Assembly: GCF_009914755.1 (NCBI RefSeq)
Contig: NC_060938.1
Origin: the human T2T-CHM13v2.0 reference genome, Homo sapiens
Length of the DNA: 64,000 nt
Strand: one strand, 5' to 3'
Position numbers and translations under genes: made by a program. Shown in pieces: positions 39,389-56,839 of the stretch (position 1 is its first letter; each line of letters opens with the position of its first letter). The notes below the pieces were generated by a model. That model was not told where the DNA came from. It saw nothing but the letters and a program-made list of their open reading frames with translations, and made no database searches.

Positions 39389-40489
39389 TCAGGAGTTCGA
39401 GACCAGCCTGGCCAACATGGTGAAACCCTGTCTCTACTAAAAATACAAACATTAAGCCGGCGCAGTGGTGGATGCCGATAATCCCAGCTCCTCGGGAGGC
39501 TGACGCAGGAGAATTGCTTGAACCTGAGAGGCAGAGGTTGCAGTGAGCCAAGATTGTGCCACTACTAGGCGACAGAATGAGACTCTGTCTCCAAAATAAT
39601 AATAATAATAATAATAAAATAAAAATAAAAGTAGTATCCAGCGTACTACAAAGAGGAAGAGTTTGTGAATGTGTATGTTACTGTTAAGTTAAACAGTGTT
39701 CTAGTATCCATCTCATTATCAGCCTTGGGCAGGGCAGGGTTGAGTTGGCTAATGTTCATTATAAACCAGATCATCCAGTTGGGGACTCTGAATGAGCATA
39801 TGATTGCCCCTTTCATGCTAGACTTAGCTAATTAAACTGTTCATATGACCTAAAAGGATGGCTGTGGTGCCATAGAAAGAAAACAAGTTTTGAGGCAAGA
39901 GACTTTAGTTTGATTCCTACCTCTGCTGTTTTCTGGTTGTGAGATTTTTGGATCAGTTGCTTTTGTGTTCATTTACCAAAACTTCTCAAGACAAAAAGAA
40001 TAAATGAGATAATGTGACAGTGCCTTGTAAATACCAAATACTATATAGAGATAGCTATTATTACTTGTATGTTTATTGTGAACATTAATCAGCCAATCAA
40101 GTTGTTCAGACTTGTACTGCTGAACATCAATTGCAGATATAACATTCTTGGCAGATGACTTAGTCACCTCCTTCTGTGGAAGAATAGAAGATAGACAGCT
40201 CCTTGCTGTCTATCACAGTATGTTCTGGTCCCGTTGGCCTCACCTTCCATATAATCATTTCCATTCTACTGGGCTTTAGCCACTCTGGTGACTTGAGTTC
40301 AGCAAAAATAATCTTTCTTGATGGGTGGTATATATATTTCTACCTTTTATGCTTTAGAATAGTTTCCTTTCCATTTCTCATAGGGTTTGGATCTTCATAA
40401 CTGTTTGAAGAGAAATCCTGACCTCCAGACTGAAGGAAAGCACACCATGCCTTTATAACGCCAGCCTCGGTCTTTTTTTTGTTCCCCTC

Positions 40490-41155
40490 TGTCTTAGTTC
40501 CTTTTGTATTGCTATAACAGAATACCGCAGACTGGGTGATTTATTTATTTATTTATTTTGTTGTTGTCATTTGTTTTCTTCTTTTTTGTATCTTTTGAAA
40601 TTCTTTTCATTGTTGTTGTTGTTTTGAGACTGGGTGATTTGTTTATTCAGCTCATGGTTCTTGAGGCTGGAAAGCCCAAGAGTATATGGTACCAGCACCT
40701 GATTATGCCATGGTGGATAGACAGAACGGCAAGAGAGAGCTTGCTTTTGTAACAAAGTCACTCCCATGATAACTAACCTACTCCTGTGATAACGACATTG
40801 CAGGTTCAGTATCCCTGATTTGAAAGTCTGAAATTCAAAGTGCTCCCAAATCTGAAGCTTTCTGAGTATCAATGTGATGCTCAAAGGAAATGCTTATTGG
40901 AGTGTTTTAGATTTTGGATTTTTAGATTTGGTATGTTCAACCTGTAAGTATAATGGAAATATTCCAAAATGCAAAATCTGAAACACTTCTGGTCCCAAAC
41001 ATTTCAGATAAAGGATACTGAACCTTTAATCCATTCATGAAGGCAGAGTCCTCATGACCCAGTCACCTCCTAAAGGCCTCACCTCTTGATACTACCACAA
41101 TGGCAACCAGGTTTCCAGTACATGAATTTTTAGGGGGATCATTCAAACTATAGCA
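40490..41155 (-). mobile_element. MST-family (ERVL-MaLR) solo LTR
   Basis: Minus strand TGCTATAGTTTG ... ACTAAGACA; perfect 5-bp TSD CCCTC (40485-40489 / 41156-41160). Confidence 0.75.
40801..41026. mobile_element. Tigger4/MER46-like DNA transposon nested in the MST LTR
   Basis: Terminal inverted repeats caggttcagtatccctgatttgaaa / tttcagataaaggatactgaacct. Confidence 0.7.
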
Positions 41156-41459
41156 CCCTCCTTTATCCCTTACCCTATTCCATTAGTTTTAATCCCCACT
41201 TTGTCTCTTCCTCTAATCTTCAGTCTACACTGTGACATGATAGGTATGCTCAAGTCTCTAACAGCTCTAAAATAACGTTTTCTGTTTTTTTTTTTGTCTG
41301 CATTTCTGGTGGGGTTGGATAAGAAAAGTTTTTCAAGTTAAATCACTCTCTATTGCAAGCCTCTTCCACCTTTTTTTTTTTTTTTTTTGCTTCGAAGAAT
41401 GATTGCCTTTACCTTCTCAGTTCTCAGTTATTTTCCAGCACATTATGATTTTATGACCT

Positions 41460-42616
<1,157 letters not shown>

Positions 42617-43476
42617 TCTCAATCCGACTTCCCTCTTCACTGTTTTACTTTTGTAAAACCCTTGATGAACTTCCCATTGTCAATTCAGGGTCTTTTTAGC
42701 TCTCATCCTGCCAGACTGTTGATAACACCTCTGATTTGTGCTCCACTTTTGGCTTCTGTGTCATATTGATTCCTGAGTTTTCTTCCTTCTCCTCTATTCT
42801 CTTAATCTCGTTTTCTGGTTTTCTCCCATCACCTGCTGGTTAAGCTTAGGGGTTATTTACACTTCTCTCCTTGGTCATCTTTTTACTGTATTTTTCCCTC
42901 CACAGCTATTTCATCCATTTCTGAGGCCTGAGATTTCATCCATTTCTGAGGCTATAGAGACCAGTGACTTCCTCTGACTCTTCTGAGCTTGAAATTCCTA
43001 TTGGTAACTGCCATTGGACTTAACTGCCTGGTTATATCTCTAACTAAAGTACTTCTCTCTTCCAGCCTGTTTATCTTATTGTGTTCCATTGTGTTCCTTA
43101 TCTCTACCAATGCTAGTTCCTTATGCTAGAAATCTCATTCATTGCCACTCAATCAAGTTTGCTAAAAACGAAACATCTGATTGTGTCACTTATTCAACCT
43201 TACCAATTTTTTTTTTTTTTTGAGCCTTGCTTTGTCACCCATAGTGGCACGATCTCTGCTCACTGCAGCCTCCACCACCCAGGTTCAGGTGATTCTCCTG
43301 CCGTAGCCTCATGAGTAGCTGGGATTACAGGCATGTGCCACCATGCCCGACTAATTTTTATATTTTTAGTAGAGACGGGGTTTCACCATGTTGGCCAGGC
43401 TGGTCTCAAACTCCTGACCTCAAGTGATCTGCCCACCTTGGCCTCCCAAAGTGCTGGGATTTCAGGCGCCTGGCCT

Positions 43477-43924
43477 GTTACTTGATTATATGCTAAACAA
43501 GGGGTGGATTATTCATGAGTTTTCTGGGAAAGAGGTGGGCAATTCCCGGAACTGAGGATCCCTCCCCTTTTTAGACCATACAAGGTAACTTCCGGACGTT
43601 GCCATGGCATCTGTAAACTGTCATGGTGTTGGCGGGGAGTGTCTTTTAGCATGCTAATGTATTATAATTAGCGTATAGTGAGCAGTGAGGATAACCAGAG
43701 GTCACTCTCCTCACCATCTTGGTTTTGGTGGGTTTTGGCCAGCTTCTTTATTGCAACCAGTTTTATCAGCAAGATCTTTATGAGCTGTATCTTGTGCTGA
43801 CTTCCTATCTCATCCCGTAACTAAGAGTACCTAACCTCCTGCAAATGCAGCCCAGTAGGTCTTGGCCTTATTTTACCCAGCCCCTATTCAAGATAGAGTT
43901 GCTCTGGTCCAAACGCCTCTGACA
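43477..43924 (-). mobile_element. MER41 (MER41B-like) LTR, 3'-truncated at an Alu
   Basis: Minus strand begins TGTCAGAGGCGTTTGGACCAGAGCAACTCTATCTTGAATAGGGGCTGGGTAAAATAAGG, the MER41 5' end; contains tandem GAS motifs. Confidence 0.88.
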
Positions 43925-44338
43925 CAAGGATTTTAAAGTCTTATTAATTAAGGTAAGATAGTTCCTTGCATATGTGGTCTGAAATCACAGAAAGCTGAAT
44001 TTGAAAAAGGTGCTTGGAGCTGCAGCCAGTAAACAAGTTTTCATGCAGGTGTCAGTATTTAAGGTACATCTCAAAGGATAAGTACAATTGTGTATGTTGG
44101 GATGAACAGAGAGAATGGAGCAAGCCAAGACCCAGGTAAAAGAGAGGACCTGAATGCCTTCAGTGAACAATGATAGATAATCTAGACTTTTAAACTGCAT
44201 ACTTCCTGTACATTGTTTTTTCTTGCTTCAGGTTTTTAGAACTCATAGTGACGGGTCTGTTGTTAATCCCAGGTCTAACCGTTACCTTGATTCTGCTGAG
44301 AATCTGATTTACTGAAAATGTTTTTCTTGTGCTTATAG

Positions 44339-44596
<258 letters not shown>

Positions 44597-44955
44597 TGAG
44601 TTTTGTTTTATTATTCTCAAAGCCAGTGTGGCTTTTCTTTACAGCATGTCATCATCACCTTGAAGGCCTCTGCATTGAAGGGGCATGACTTAGCTGGAGA
44701 GCCCATCCTCTGTGATGGTCAGGAGCAGTTGAGAGAGCGAGGGGTTATTACTTCATGTTTTAAGTGGAGAAAAGGAACACTGCAGAAGTATGTTTCCTGT
44801 ATGGTATTACTGGATAGGGCTGAAGTTATGCTGAATTGAACACATAAATTCTTTTCCACCTCAGGGCCATTGGGCGCCCATTGCTCTTCTGCCTAGAATA
44901 TTCTTTCCTTTTCTAACTTTGGTGGATTAAATTCCTGTCATCCCCCTCCTCTTGG

Positions 44956-45396
44956 TGTTATATATAAAGTTTTGGTGCCGCAAAAGAAGTAGCACTCGAA
45001 TATAAAATTTTCCTTTTAATTCTCAGCAAGGCAAGTTACTTCTATATAGAAGGGTGCACCCTTACAGATGGAACAATGGCAAGCGCACATTTGGACAAGG
45101 GAGGGGAAAGGGTTCTTATCCCTGACACACGTGGTCCCTGCTGCTGTGTTCTTCCCCTACTGACTAGGGTTAGACTGCACAGGCTAAACTAATTCCAATT
45201 GGCTAATTTAAAGAGAATGATGGGGTGAGTGCTTTGGCAGGAGTCAGGGAAGAGCAGGTAGCAGGTAACTGGAATGAGGGTGGAGCAGGTAATGGAAAAA
45301 CATTGCTTTACGAGGAAGTTAAGTTTAAAAGTAGAAGGCAAAGAATTGAACATACTGGCGTATTAATTCTTTGAAATTTAGAACTCACATCTAACA
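44956..45396 (-). mobile_element. LTR10 (LTR10A/F-like) solo LTR
   Basis: Minus strand begins TGTTAGATGTGAGTTCTAAATTTC...CTTAACTTCCTCGTAAAGC and ends TATAACA; TSD TTGG (44952-44955 / 45397-45400). Confidence 0.82.
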
Positions 45397-45989
45397 TTGG
45401 CTTAAATGTTAAATCCTCAAAGATAACATTCCTGTTTCTCCTAACACGATTAAGTCCTTCTTGGTATCTTTTCTCATAGCAACTTGTCCTTTCTCACTTG
45501 TCACAATTTGCAAATATATATTTATTTACATTGTTTATTTAATGCCTAATTTCCTTCTTTATTGCAAGGCCTGTGAGGGTACTGAGTCTCCAGGGTGAGG
45601 TGTATAATAAATGGCCAAACGAATTGTTAATTGAAAGGATGAACAACTAATTCAAGCCAGCACTCTCTAGACTCCTGGGGGGCTATCATGTGGGTTCCCT
45701 GGTGCTGCTGATGTCAGCCCTTGGCCTCCAAGAAAAATGCTTGATTCAAATGTCATCTAGTTCCATCTCTACGACTCTCATGGGGTCCAAAGAAGAGTTT
45801 TAATTGAGTTTTAGAATTTGAAGTTGTGAAGTGTCTGAAAAACTACATGGTGTTCTGAAAGCCAAACTTTTAGCCTTTTGGGAGAGCATCTAAGACAGCA
45901 GGTGAAGGGCAGGGGTTAGAACTAGAGGGATTGAAGAATATTATCCATATAGGTTAGGGTTAGGTTTGGCAACGTATTATAGAACAAAC

Positions 45990-46215
45990 ATTGGCAAGCT
46001 ACAGCCACAGGCCAGATCTGTCTGCTACCTTTCCACAAAGGTGTAATAACAAAGTTATTCACAAATTTGTGAATAAACTTTCATTGGAAAGTGACCACGC
46101 TCCTTGGTTTATACATTGTCTGTGGCTGCTTTCACACTACAGTAGCACAGTTGAGTGTTTGCACTGGAGACCATATGACCCATAGAGCTTAAAATATTCA
46201 GTCTGGCTTTTTACA
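45990..46215. mobile_element. MER58-like hAT remnant
   Basis: ttggcaagctacagccacaggccagatctg ... aaaatattcagtctggc resembles MER58. Confidence 0.5.
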
Positions 46216-47107
46216 GAGATGTTTCTGACTTTGTTAATAGAAAATCAAAACAACTGGTTTAAATAATGCACATACTTTCTCTCTCATAGAGTAGTGCAGA
46301 GGTAGGCAGTCCAGATTAGTACGGTGGCTTCACGTTCATCAAGGACTCAATCTCCTTCTTTCTTCTTTAGCTTCTAACCTCTAGCTTACTTCAGGGTCCA
46401 GGCTGGAGCCCTAGCCTTCATTCTGACAGTAGGAAGGAGTAGGGGAGAAAAGAACATAGGACATGTCAGCAGAATTCTCTCCTTAGAAGTTCCATACACA
46501 ACACATCTCCCTAGAAGTCATTGCCCTTACTTGTTCTCATAGCCATCCTAAATATAAGGGAGTCAGAAGTAAAGTCTTTTTGGCTGGGAATATTGGCACC
46601 TGGAATAAAAATGTTTTTCTGTGAATGAGAAACAAGGGGAAGATGGATATGTGACATTATCTTAAGACAACTCCAGTTGCAATTACTCTGCAGATGAGAG
46701 GCACTAATTATAAGCCATATTACCTTTCTTCTGACAACCACTTGTCAGCCCACGTGGTTTCTGTGGCAGAATCTGGTTCTATAACAAGTTCCTAATAAGC
46801 TGTAGCCAAAAAAATTTGATGAGGTATTATAATTATTTCAATATAAAGCACCCACTAGATGGAGCCAGTGTCTGCTTCACATGTTAAGTCCTTCTTTCCA
46901 TATGTTAGACATTTTCTTTGAAGCAATTTTAGAGTGTAGCTGTTTTTCTCAGGTTAAAAATTCTTAGCTAGATTGGTGAGTTGGGGAAAAGTGACTTATA
47001 AGATACGAATTGAATTAAGAAAAAGAAAATTCTGTGTTGGAGGTGGTAATGTGGTTGGTGATCTCCATTAACACTGACCTAGGGCTTTTGTGTTTGTTTT
47101 ATTGTAG

Positions 47108-47249
47108 AATCTATACCCCATTCACAGAAGATACCGAGACTGTGGGCCAGAGAGCCCTGCACTCAATTCTGAATGCTGCCATCATGATCAGTGTCATTGT
47201 TGTCATGACTATCCTCCTGGTGGTTCTGTATAAATACAGGTGCTATAAG
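47108..47249 (+). CDS. PSEN1: Presenilin-1 exon 5 (aa 113-160, includes TM2)
   Basis: ttgtag|AATCTAT; translates [47 protein letters not shown]; donor AAG|gtgagc; 142 nt. Confidence 0.99.
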
Positions 47250-47749
47250 GTGAGCATGAGACACAGATCTTTGCTTTCCACCCTGTTCTTCTTATGGTTG
47301 GGTATTCTTGTCACAGTAACTTAACTGATCTAGGAAAGAAAAAATGTTTTGTCTTCTAGAGATAAGTTAATTTTTAGTTTTCTTCCTCCTCACTGTGGAA
47401 CATTCAAAAAATACAAAAAGGAAGCCAGGTGCATGTGTAATGCCAGGCTCAGAGGCTGAGGCAGGAGGATCGCTTGGGCCCAGGAGTTCACAAGCAGCTT
47501 GGGCAACGTAGCAAGACCCTGCCTCTATTAAAGAAAACAAAAAACAAATATTGGAAGTATTTTATATGCATGGAATCTATATGTCATGAAAAAATTAGTG
47601 TAAAATATATATATTATGATTAGTTATCAAGATTTAGTGATAATTTATGTTATTTTGGATTTCAATGCCTTTTTAGGCCATTGTCTCAAAAAATAAAAGC
47701 AGAAAACAAAAAAAGTTGTAACTGAAAAATAAACATTTCCATATAATAG

Positions 47750-48076
<327 letters not shown>

Positions 48077-48580
48077 TAAGTGGTTTTAATATTTTGATTG
48101 ACAGTATACTGAAGAAATATACTCTAAGACCTTTATGAATCTCCTCATTCACAAATAACACTGTAGGATATAATGGTCCCTATAAAATACGGTATAACTA
48201 AAATCAGATTTTTATATTGGAGTACAGAACAATAAAGCCATCTTCAGATGCTGGTATTAAACTCACTGGTGACTGGTCACACCTTGCCTAAACTGGTAGC
48301 CACCATGCATCCTCTCACCATCTCCACTGTACTACTTCCTTCCTTGGGAAGTCGGGCGCTGGGAGGTTGTACAGGAAAGATACAGACCCACCCTTCTCAG
48401 CCTCTCCTCCCCTAGCTCGCTCTTTTGCCAAAGTGACCTACTGCTGAGTTTCAAAGTGACCTACTGCTGAGTTTCAGCCAACTAGCACGTTTCAGATTCA
48501 TACCTTAGAAAAAATTACACATTATCACAAGTCATGCACCTTTTAAGGTCATTTTCAAATAATAGAAATTATAAGTGTTC

Positions 48581-49035
<455 letters not shown>

Positions 49036-51521
49036 TAACTTTCCAAATGTAGGAGTCTACTCTGTTTCCTTCTAGTATTTATTTCTGTATACTTTTCTAA
49101 CATGGTTAAAATGTGTAATCAATATGTGTCCTTTTACTTTGGTGTGAACATTTTTTCTATTATAAATTCTTAGAAAATATTTCTATGGCTATGAGATATT
49201 TGATTCAAGTGCCTTGTAATTTACTTCTCAAATGTCCCTGATGTTGGACATTTGTTTCTAGTGTTTCACTATTTTAAAAAACAGTAATATCTGTCTTTAT
49301 GCTTAGAGCTTTTTCAGTTTTTCAAATTATTTCCTTAGGGTAAAATCCTAGAAGTAGAATTTTTGGGGCAAATTATCTACATATTTATAACTGTCTTGGT
49401 ATTCAAAATCTCGTTTTCAAAAAGCTTATATCAATTTGTACTTAACACCAGTAGTGAATGAGAGTATCTGTCGTACCCCACCAGTGCTGAATTTCTTTTT
49501 TAAAACTGTGCTGGTTTTTATAGGTAAAGAAAATGTCTTAATTTGCATTTAGTTGGTTACTAGTAATATCACATACCTTTTCAATGCTTGTGAACTTTAA
49601 GCTTATACAGAGTTTAACCTTGCATGTTGAACATTTGAGTGAGTGGAAGTGTTAAGTGATGGCCATCTGTATAATCTATTAGTAATGTATGGAGACCATT
49701 AAAGATGACAGGTATGTGTGATGATGACAGGTTGTTACCAACACTCAGAAGGCCAAAAAGCAAGTGATATAAACCCATGCTGGGAAGCATTCACCTCCCC
49801 CACTTTAAAAATGCTAGTTTCTTAATTCCTTTTCTTTATCCCTTTTTTTGTCTGCACGTGTTTACTTGCCTTTAGTTTCCCTGCTTTAGTAGGCTGACCT
49901 TGTGACTTTTACCAGGATCCCATTATACTTTTGTTCTTCTGTTTATTTCTCAGATTTTATTGGAGGGTGGAATTCTACTTTTTCTTTCTTATAATCTAGA
50001 ATTTACATTCAGATTTCCTGCCTTTCCCTTACAAAATACCTGTGTAGTTGGATAGGTGGAGCTCTGGACTCAGAGTTCTTTCTTCTAGTAATCTTAGGAA
50101 ATTATTTAATTTTTCTGTGTTTTCATATTTTCACACATAAAAGAGAAAACACCATTTCTAAACTACCTCTTCTTTTCTCTGCTTTTAAGCATGTAAAGGT
50201 TTTCCCAATCTTGGGCAGTGACATGTACAGGACAGTATAGCTTTACATCTGCCTTGTTTTAATTAAACACTAGTTCTTTGAGGTAACCCCTACTATTATC
50301 CCAGTTTTATGGATGAGGCACTGAGGCAGGGGTCACACAGCTAGTGTGGGTCAGAACCTAATGGGTCAGAATGGACATTTGAGTCCAGAGTTTGGCCTGG
50401 ATTGACACACATAGCTATTACGTAAGATTCCTCTCAAATTCAGTCCTCAGCTCCCTGAAGTGTGGGTTCTCTTTTCATGCCTCCATGGAAACTGCGTATC
50501 ATGTGGTTACCAGTTTTTCCTTTGGTCGTATCTGCTGACCTTTTTGAACCTAATTTTTTCTGGACCTTATTGCCATTTGACTTATTTATTGCCTCCCACT
50601 TGACACTGATTCTGGCTTTTGCTTTTCTTCCTACTTTGGTCCTTTTTGCAGTTTTCTAAAGCTAACCAGCCATGACTCTCAGATGATGGACTTTTTCGTC
50701 TCTCCCATTACTTCTTGGGAAATTATATTTTAATCTCATGGTTTAAATTTTCATCCTTAAATATAACTTTTAATGTAGTATTTTTAGCCCAGAAGGGCCC
50801 ATGGTTGGTTTGTTTTCTCCTTTGCATATCTCTTCTACTCAGATACCTGGTAGCATATAAATCAAATGAATTATCCTTCATACCATTTCATTATCATCAG
50901 TAGGACTGCTTTGCTGGGGTTTTTTTGTGTGTGTGTTTTTGTTTTTGTTTTTGTTTTTGTTTTGAGATAAAGTCTTGCTTTGTCACCTAGGCAAGAGTGC
51001 TAGGATTACAGGCGTGAGCCGCTATGCCAGGACAGCCGTTTTCTTCTAGTATTATTTGCCCTCTGTCTGAACATCTTCCTTTAGTAATGCTTTTAGAGCA
51101 AGGCAGCTGGCCTCAATTTGTTTTAATTTTTCTTCCCCTTAGGATGTTTTAATTTTACCTTTATTACTGAAGGATATTGTTACTGGGCAGAAAATTGTCT
51201 TGATATTCCCCTTTTCAGCATTTAAAAAATGCTCTTCTGCTTTCTTTCAGCCTCCATGGTTTCTCATAAAAATCAGTCATTCGAATCACTGTTCTTCTAA
51301 AAGTAATACATTGTTTTGTTCTGGTCACTTTCAAAATTTTCTTTTTCTTTTCAGCAGTTTAATTATGGGACTGTGTGAGGATTTCTTTGTTCATTCTGTT
51401 TGGAGTTCACTGAGCTTTTTGAATCTCTAGGTTTATGTCTTTTACCAAATTTGGAAAATTTTTCAACCATTATTTCTTCAAAATTTTTCTGTACCACATT
51501 CTTTACTCTTTTTTTTTTTGA

Positions 51522-51665
<144 letters not shown>

Positions 51666-52957
51666 TGACCAGGCTGGTCTTGAACTCCTGGCCTTAAGTA
51701 TTCCGCCTGCCTGGGCCTCCCAAAGTGCTGGGTTACAGGTGTGAGCCACCACACCCGGCCCTTTTTTTTTTTTTTTTTTGAGACCGAGTCTCGCTTTGTC
51801 ACCCAGGCTGGAGTGCAGTGATGTGATTTTGGCTCACTGCAGCCTCAGCCTCCCAAGTACCTGGGATTACAGAGATGTGCCACCATGCCCAGCTAATTTT
51901 TGTATTTTTATTAGAGATGGGGTTTCACCATGTTGGCCAGGCTGGTCTTAAACCCCTGGCCTCAAGTGATCCGTCTGCCTCAGCCTCCCAAAGTGCTGGG
52001 ATTACAGACGTGAGCCACCATGCCTGGCTCTTTACCCTCTTCTGGGAGTGACAACACAAATAACTTTTTATTCCACAGGTTTCTGAGGCTCTGTTTATTT
52101 TCCAATTTTTTTCACTATTGTTCTGGTTAGATAATTTCTATTGATCTGTCTTCAAGTTTCCTGAAATTTGCATTTTGTTGGTAAACCTATTCAGTAAAAT
52201 GTTTTTGGTTATTTTATTTTTAGTTCTAAAATTCCTATATAGCCCGTCTTTACATTTTTTTATTCTGAAACTTAAAACTTTCCTTTCATTTTAAGAGTGT
52301 TTGCCCTTACTTCTTGGAGCATTTTTATGCTCCAAGGATTTTGATATTTTTGTTTTATTGGCCAATTGATCTGATTGGGCTAGGTCCAGCCAGCCTTGTC
52401 AAAGCCTTTGCAGTGTTGCTCAGATCTGCCCCATGTATATGCCACCCAGTCACCAGTCTGGGACTGGTATAGTGGTGTTCTATTTGTAATTCGGTTGTCA
52501 GGGTCGGTGTGTACTGTTGAGGATCATATCCATACTCACTCACCTTGGGAATGGACCCACAAGTTTATAAACAGCTTTAAGAGATTGCTTTCATGAGTTT
52601 CTTTCTTTCTGTGATCTCCATGTGGTTTCTTGGGCTTCCCTTTTCCATTCCTGCAGCCAAAAGTGGACTTTATCTTCCTAAAGTCAGGGCCAAAATGTGG
52701 GAGGAGAGAGAGAAATAAAGCAAGGGCTATTTGCCCCACTCTCTCGGGACTGACATTCTTCCAGTCAGAGTAAGGATTCCCTCCCTCTGAATTTTAGGCT
52801 TCTGCCACCCACATTACCATCACCACAGGATTGTGTGAGGACTGGGCATACGAGAATGGAGAAAAGCGGAAAAGAATGCCGGGTGTGGTGGCTCACGCCT
52901 GTAATCCTAACACTTTGGGAGGCCAAGGCGGGCAGATTGCCTGAGCTCATGAGTTTA

Positions 52958-53201
<244 letters not shown>

Positions 53202-53239
53202 TTAGGAGACCTCTTTCCTGATCCTCAAGCCAGAACTAG

Positions 53240-53839
<600 letters not shown>

Positions 53840-55283
53840 TAGACAGTTTAAGAGGTTTGTATTCAGCCAGATCTCCACATTTACTTGTTCATTTGTGTTG
53901 TGATGTTTTTTAATGTTCAAGTCTTAGCACACACAAACAATTATATAGAAACAAGTTGTTTACTTTGACACCCAGTATAACTAAAAGGATCTTTTGAGTC
54001 AGAGATTGAGTAACTTGCCAGAGCCTGTTTGGAAATAAACCCTGAGGATTTTTCATATCAGTGGTTAGTTATGCAATGTCTGTGGCAAGCCCTAGAAACT
54101 AAAAGACCAAACCTTAAAATGTTAAAAACAGGAAAGGCAGTTAATTATTATACATAATTTGTTATAAAAGGAACTATAACTTATTAAAGTCAGATGATTT
54201 CTGGCCTTGATAGTTTAGGGTTTAGAGAAGATACTGTTGTGTACTATAAAACAGCAGGGCTGTTTTCTTTCATACCCTTTAGCACAGGAAAGCTGAACTA
54301 GGGATTTTTGCAAGATGAGAAAGGCCTGTTGAAATGTGTGTGTATAACATAGTAATAAAAGAAATGCATATGAAAATAACAAATTAACATATTTGACATA
54401 TTGACTTTGTCAAGATTAGTCTTTTTTGTCAAGTAACTAAGCCAGTGTGTATTAATTAAATCAGTAATTAGAAAAAGTTTGTACACTTTGATTTAGTAAT
54501 TTTGCTTTTATGATATATTCTAAAGAAGGAATTAGAAATGCAGAAAAATATTTGTGAAGTAGGATGTTCATTTTAATGTAAATTAAAATTGGGGAAAGAA
54601 AGGGAAAACAATACAGATTCCATGCATAAGGCAAAGGTTCAATTGTGGGTTTATCCGTATGAGTAGACTATTATTTTGTCATTTAAAAATCATAGTTTCA
54701 GCTGGGCGTGGTGGCTCACGCATGTAATCCCAGCACTTTAGGAGGCTGAGGTGGGCGGATCACCTGAGGTCAGAAGATCGAGACCAGCCTGACCAACATG
54801 GAGAAATCCTGTCTCTACTAAAAATACAAAAAAATTAGCTGGGCGTGGTGGCGAGTGCCTGTAATCCCAGCTACTCAGGAGGCTGAGGCAGGAGAATCGC
54901 TTGAATCTGGGGAGTGGAGGTTGCGGTGAGATTGCGCCATTGCCCTCCAGCCTGGGCAACAAGAGCAAAACTCCATCTCAAAATCAATCAATCAATCAGT
55001 CAATCAATCATAGTTTCACGCCAGGTGCAGTGGCACGGACCTGTAGACCCAGTTACTTGGGACCCTGAGACGAGATGATTGCTTGAGCCCAGGTTTTCCA
55101 GTCTAGCCTGGGAAACATAGTGAGACCCCAGTCTCTTAAAAAAAAATCATATTTTCAAATAATATTTGGTGGCATGAGAATATGTTTGTAATAAAAGATT
55201 ACATTTGTGAAAGCAGAATGTAAACAGTACACTAGTTGATTCTCACTGTTAAGGTCTTTACACACGCCTATACGTGCAGATAG

Positions 55284-55475
<192 letters not shown>

Positions 55476-55924
55476 TAGCTAATGTTCGTATTTTTAGTAG
55501 AGACGGGGTTTTGGCATGTTGGTCAGGCTGGTCTTGAACTCCTGACCTCAGGCAATCCACCTGTCTCAGCCTCCCAAACTGCTGGGATAACAGGCGTGAG
55601 CCACTGTGCCTGGCCTGAAAGGGAAATGTTGGTATTAATTTTGGTTGTCACTGGCCTTTAGAATAGTTTTCTTCTTTTAGTGTTTCTGTGTTTCTTAAGT
55701 GTTACAAGCATATGTTACTTTTGATTCAGAAAAATGCTATTTTTAAAATAAGCAAGACTGGGCACGGTGACTCTCACCAGTATGGCTGAGACCAGAGGAT
55801 CACTTGAAGCCAGGAGTTCAAAACCAGCTTGGGCAACAGAGTGAGACCCCCACCTCTACAAAAAGAAAAAAAAAAAATTAAAAAATTAGCCAGGCATGGT
55901 GGTGTACCCACGCCTATAGTCCTA

Positions 55925-56047
<123 letters not shown>

Positions 56048-56184
56048 TTAAAAAAAAAATATTTGGGGGCTCCTAGAAGGTACAGTTAAAAAAATTAAAA
56101 TTAGGCCGGGCATGGTGGCTCACGCCTATAATCCCAGCACTGTGGGAGGCTAAGGAGGGTGGATCACTTGAGATCAGGAGTTCA

Positions 56185-56373
<189 letters not shown>

Positions 56374-56839
56374 TCATCTCCCAAAAATAAATAAATAAAA
56401 TTAAAAAAAGAAATAAATAAGAACATCTCCTTCTTCCTTTGCCAAAAAACCGAGGTGAAAAGCATCTCTCAAGAATGATGAGAATTTCAATTATTTAATA
56501 TTTACTCTGGTCCTTAATTTAAAGCTTAATATGGAATCCCAGTGTACATCTCCCACTGGTATTGTTTGTCTTGGCCAAGACAGACAAGTTTTAAAGAGTG
56601 AGATAAAATTTAGGCTAAAGTTGAAGTATTTGGAGGGAAATGTACAGATGTTCTCAGCTTACCTTTTTTGTTTTTTTGAGATGGAGTCTCGCTCTGTTGC
56701 TCAGGCTGGAGTGCAATGGTGCGATCTCAGCTCTCCACAACCTCCGCCTCTCAGGTTGAAGTGATTCTCCTGCCTCAGCCTCCCAAATAGCTGGGACTGC
56801 AGGTGTGTGCCACTATGTCTGGCTAATTTTTGTATTTTT

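Noticed and set aside
45235-45300. LTR10 as an AP-1-driven enhancer
   Set aside because: The repeat region is collapsed and no TGAGTCA remains (GGAGTCA and GGAATGAGGG instead), so the motif array of active LTR10 copies is absent.
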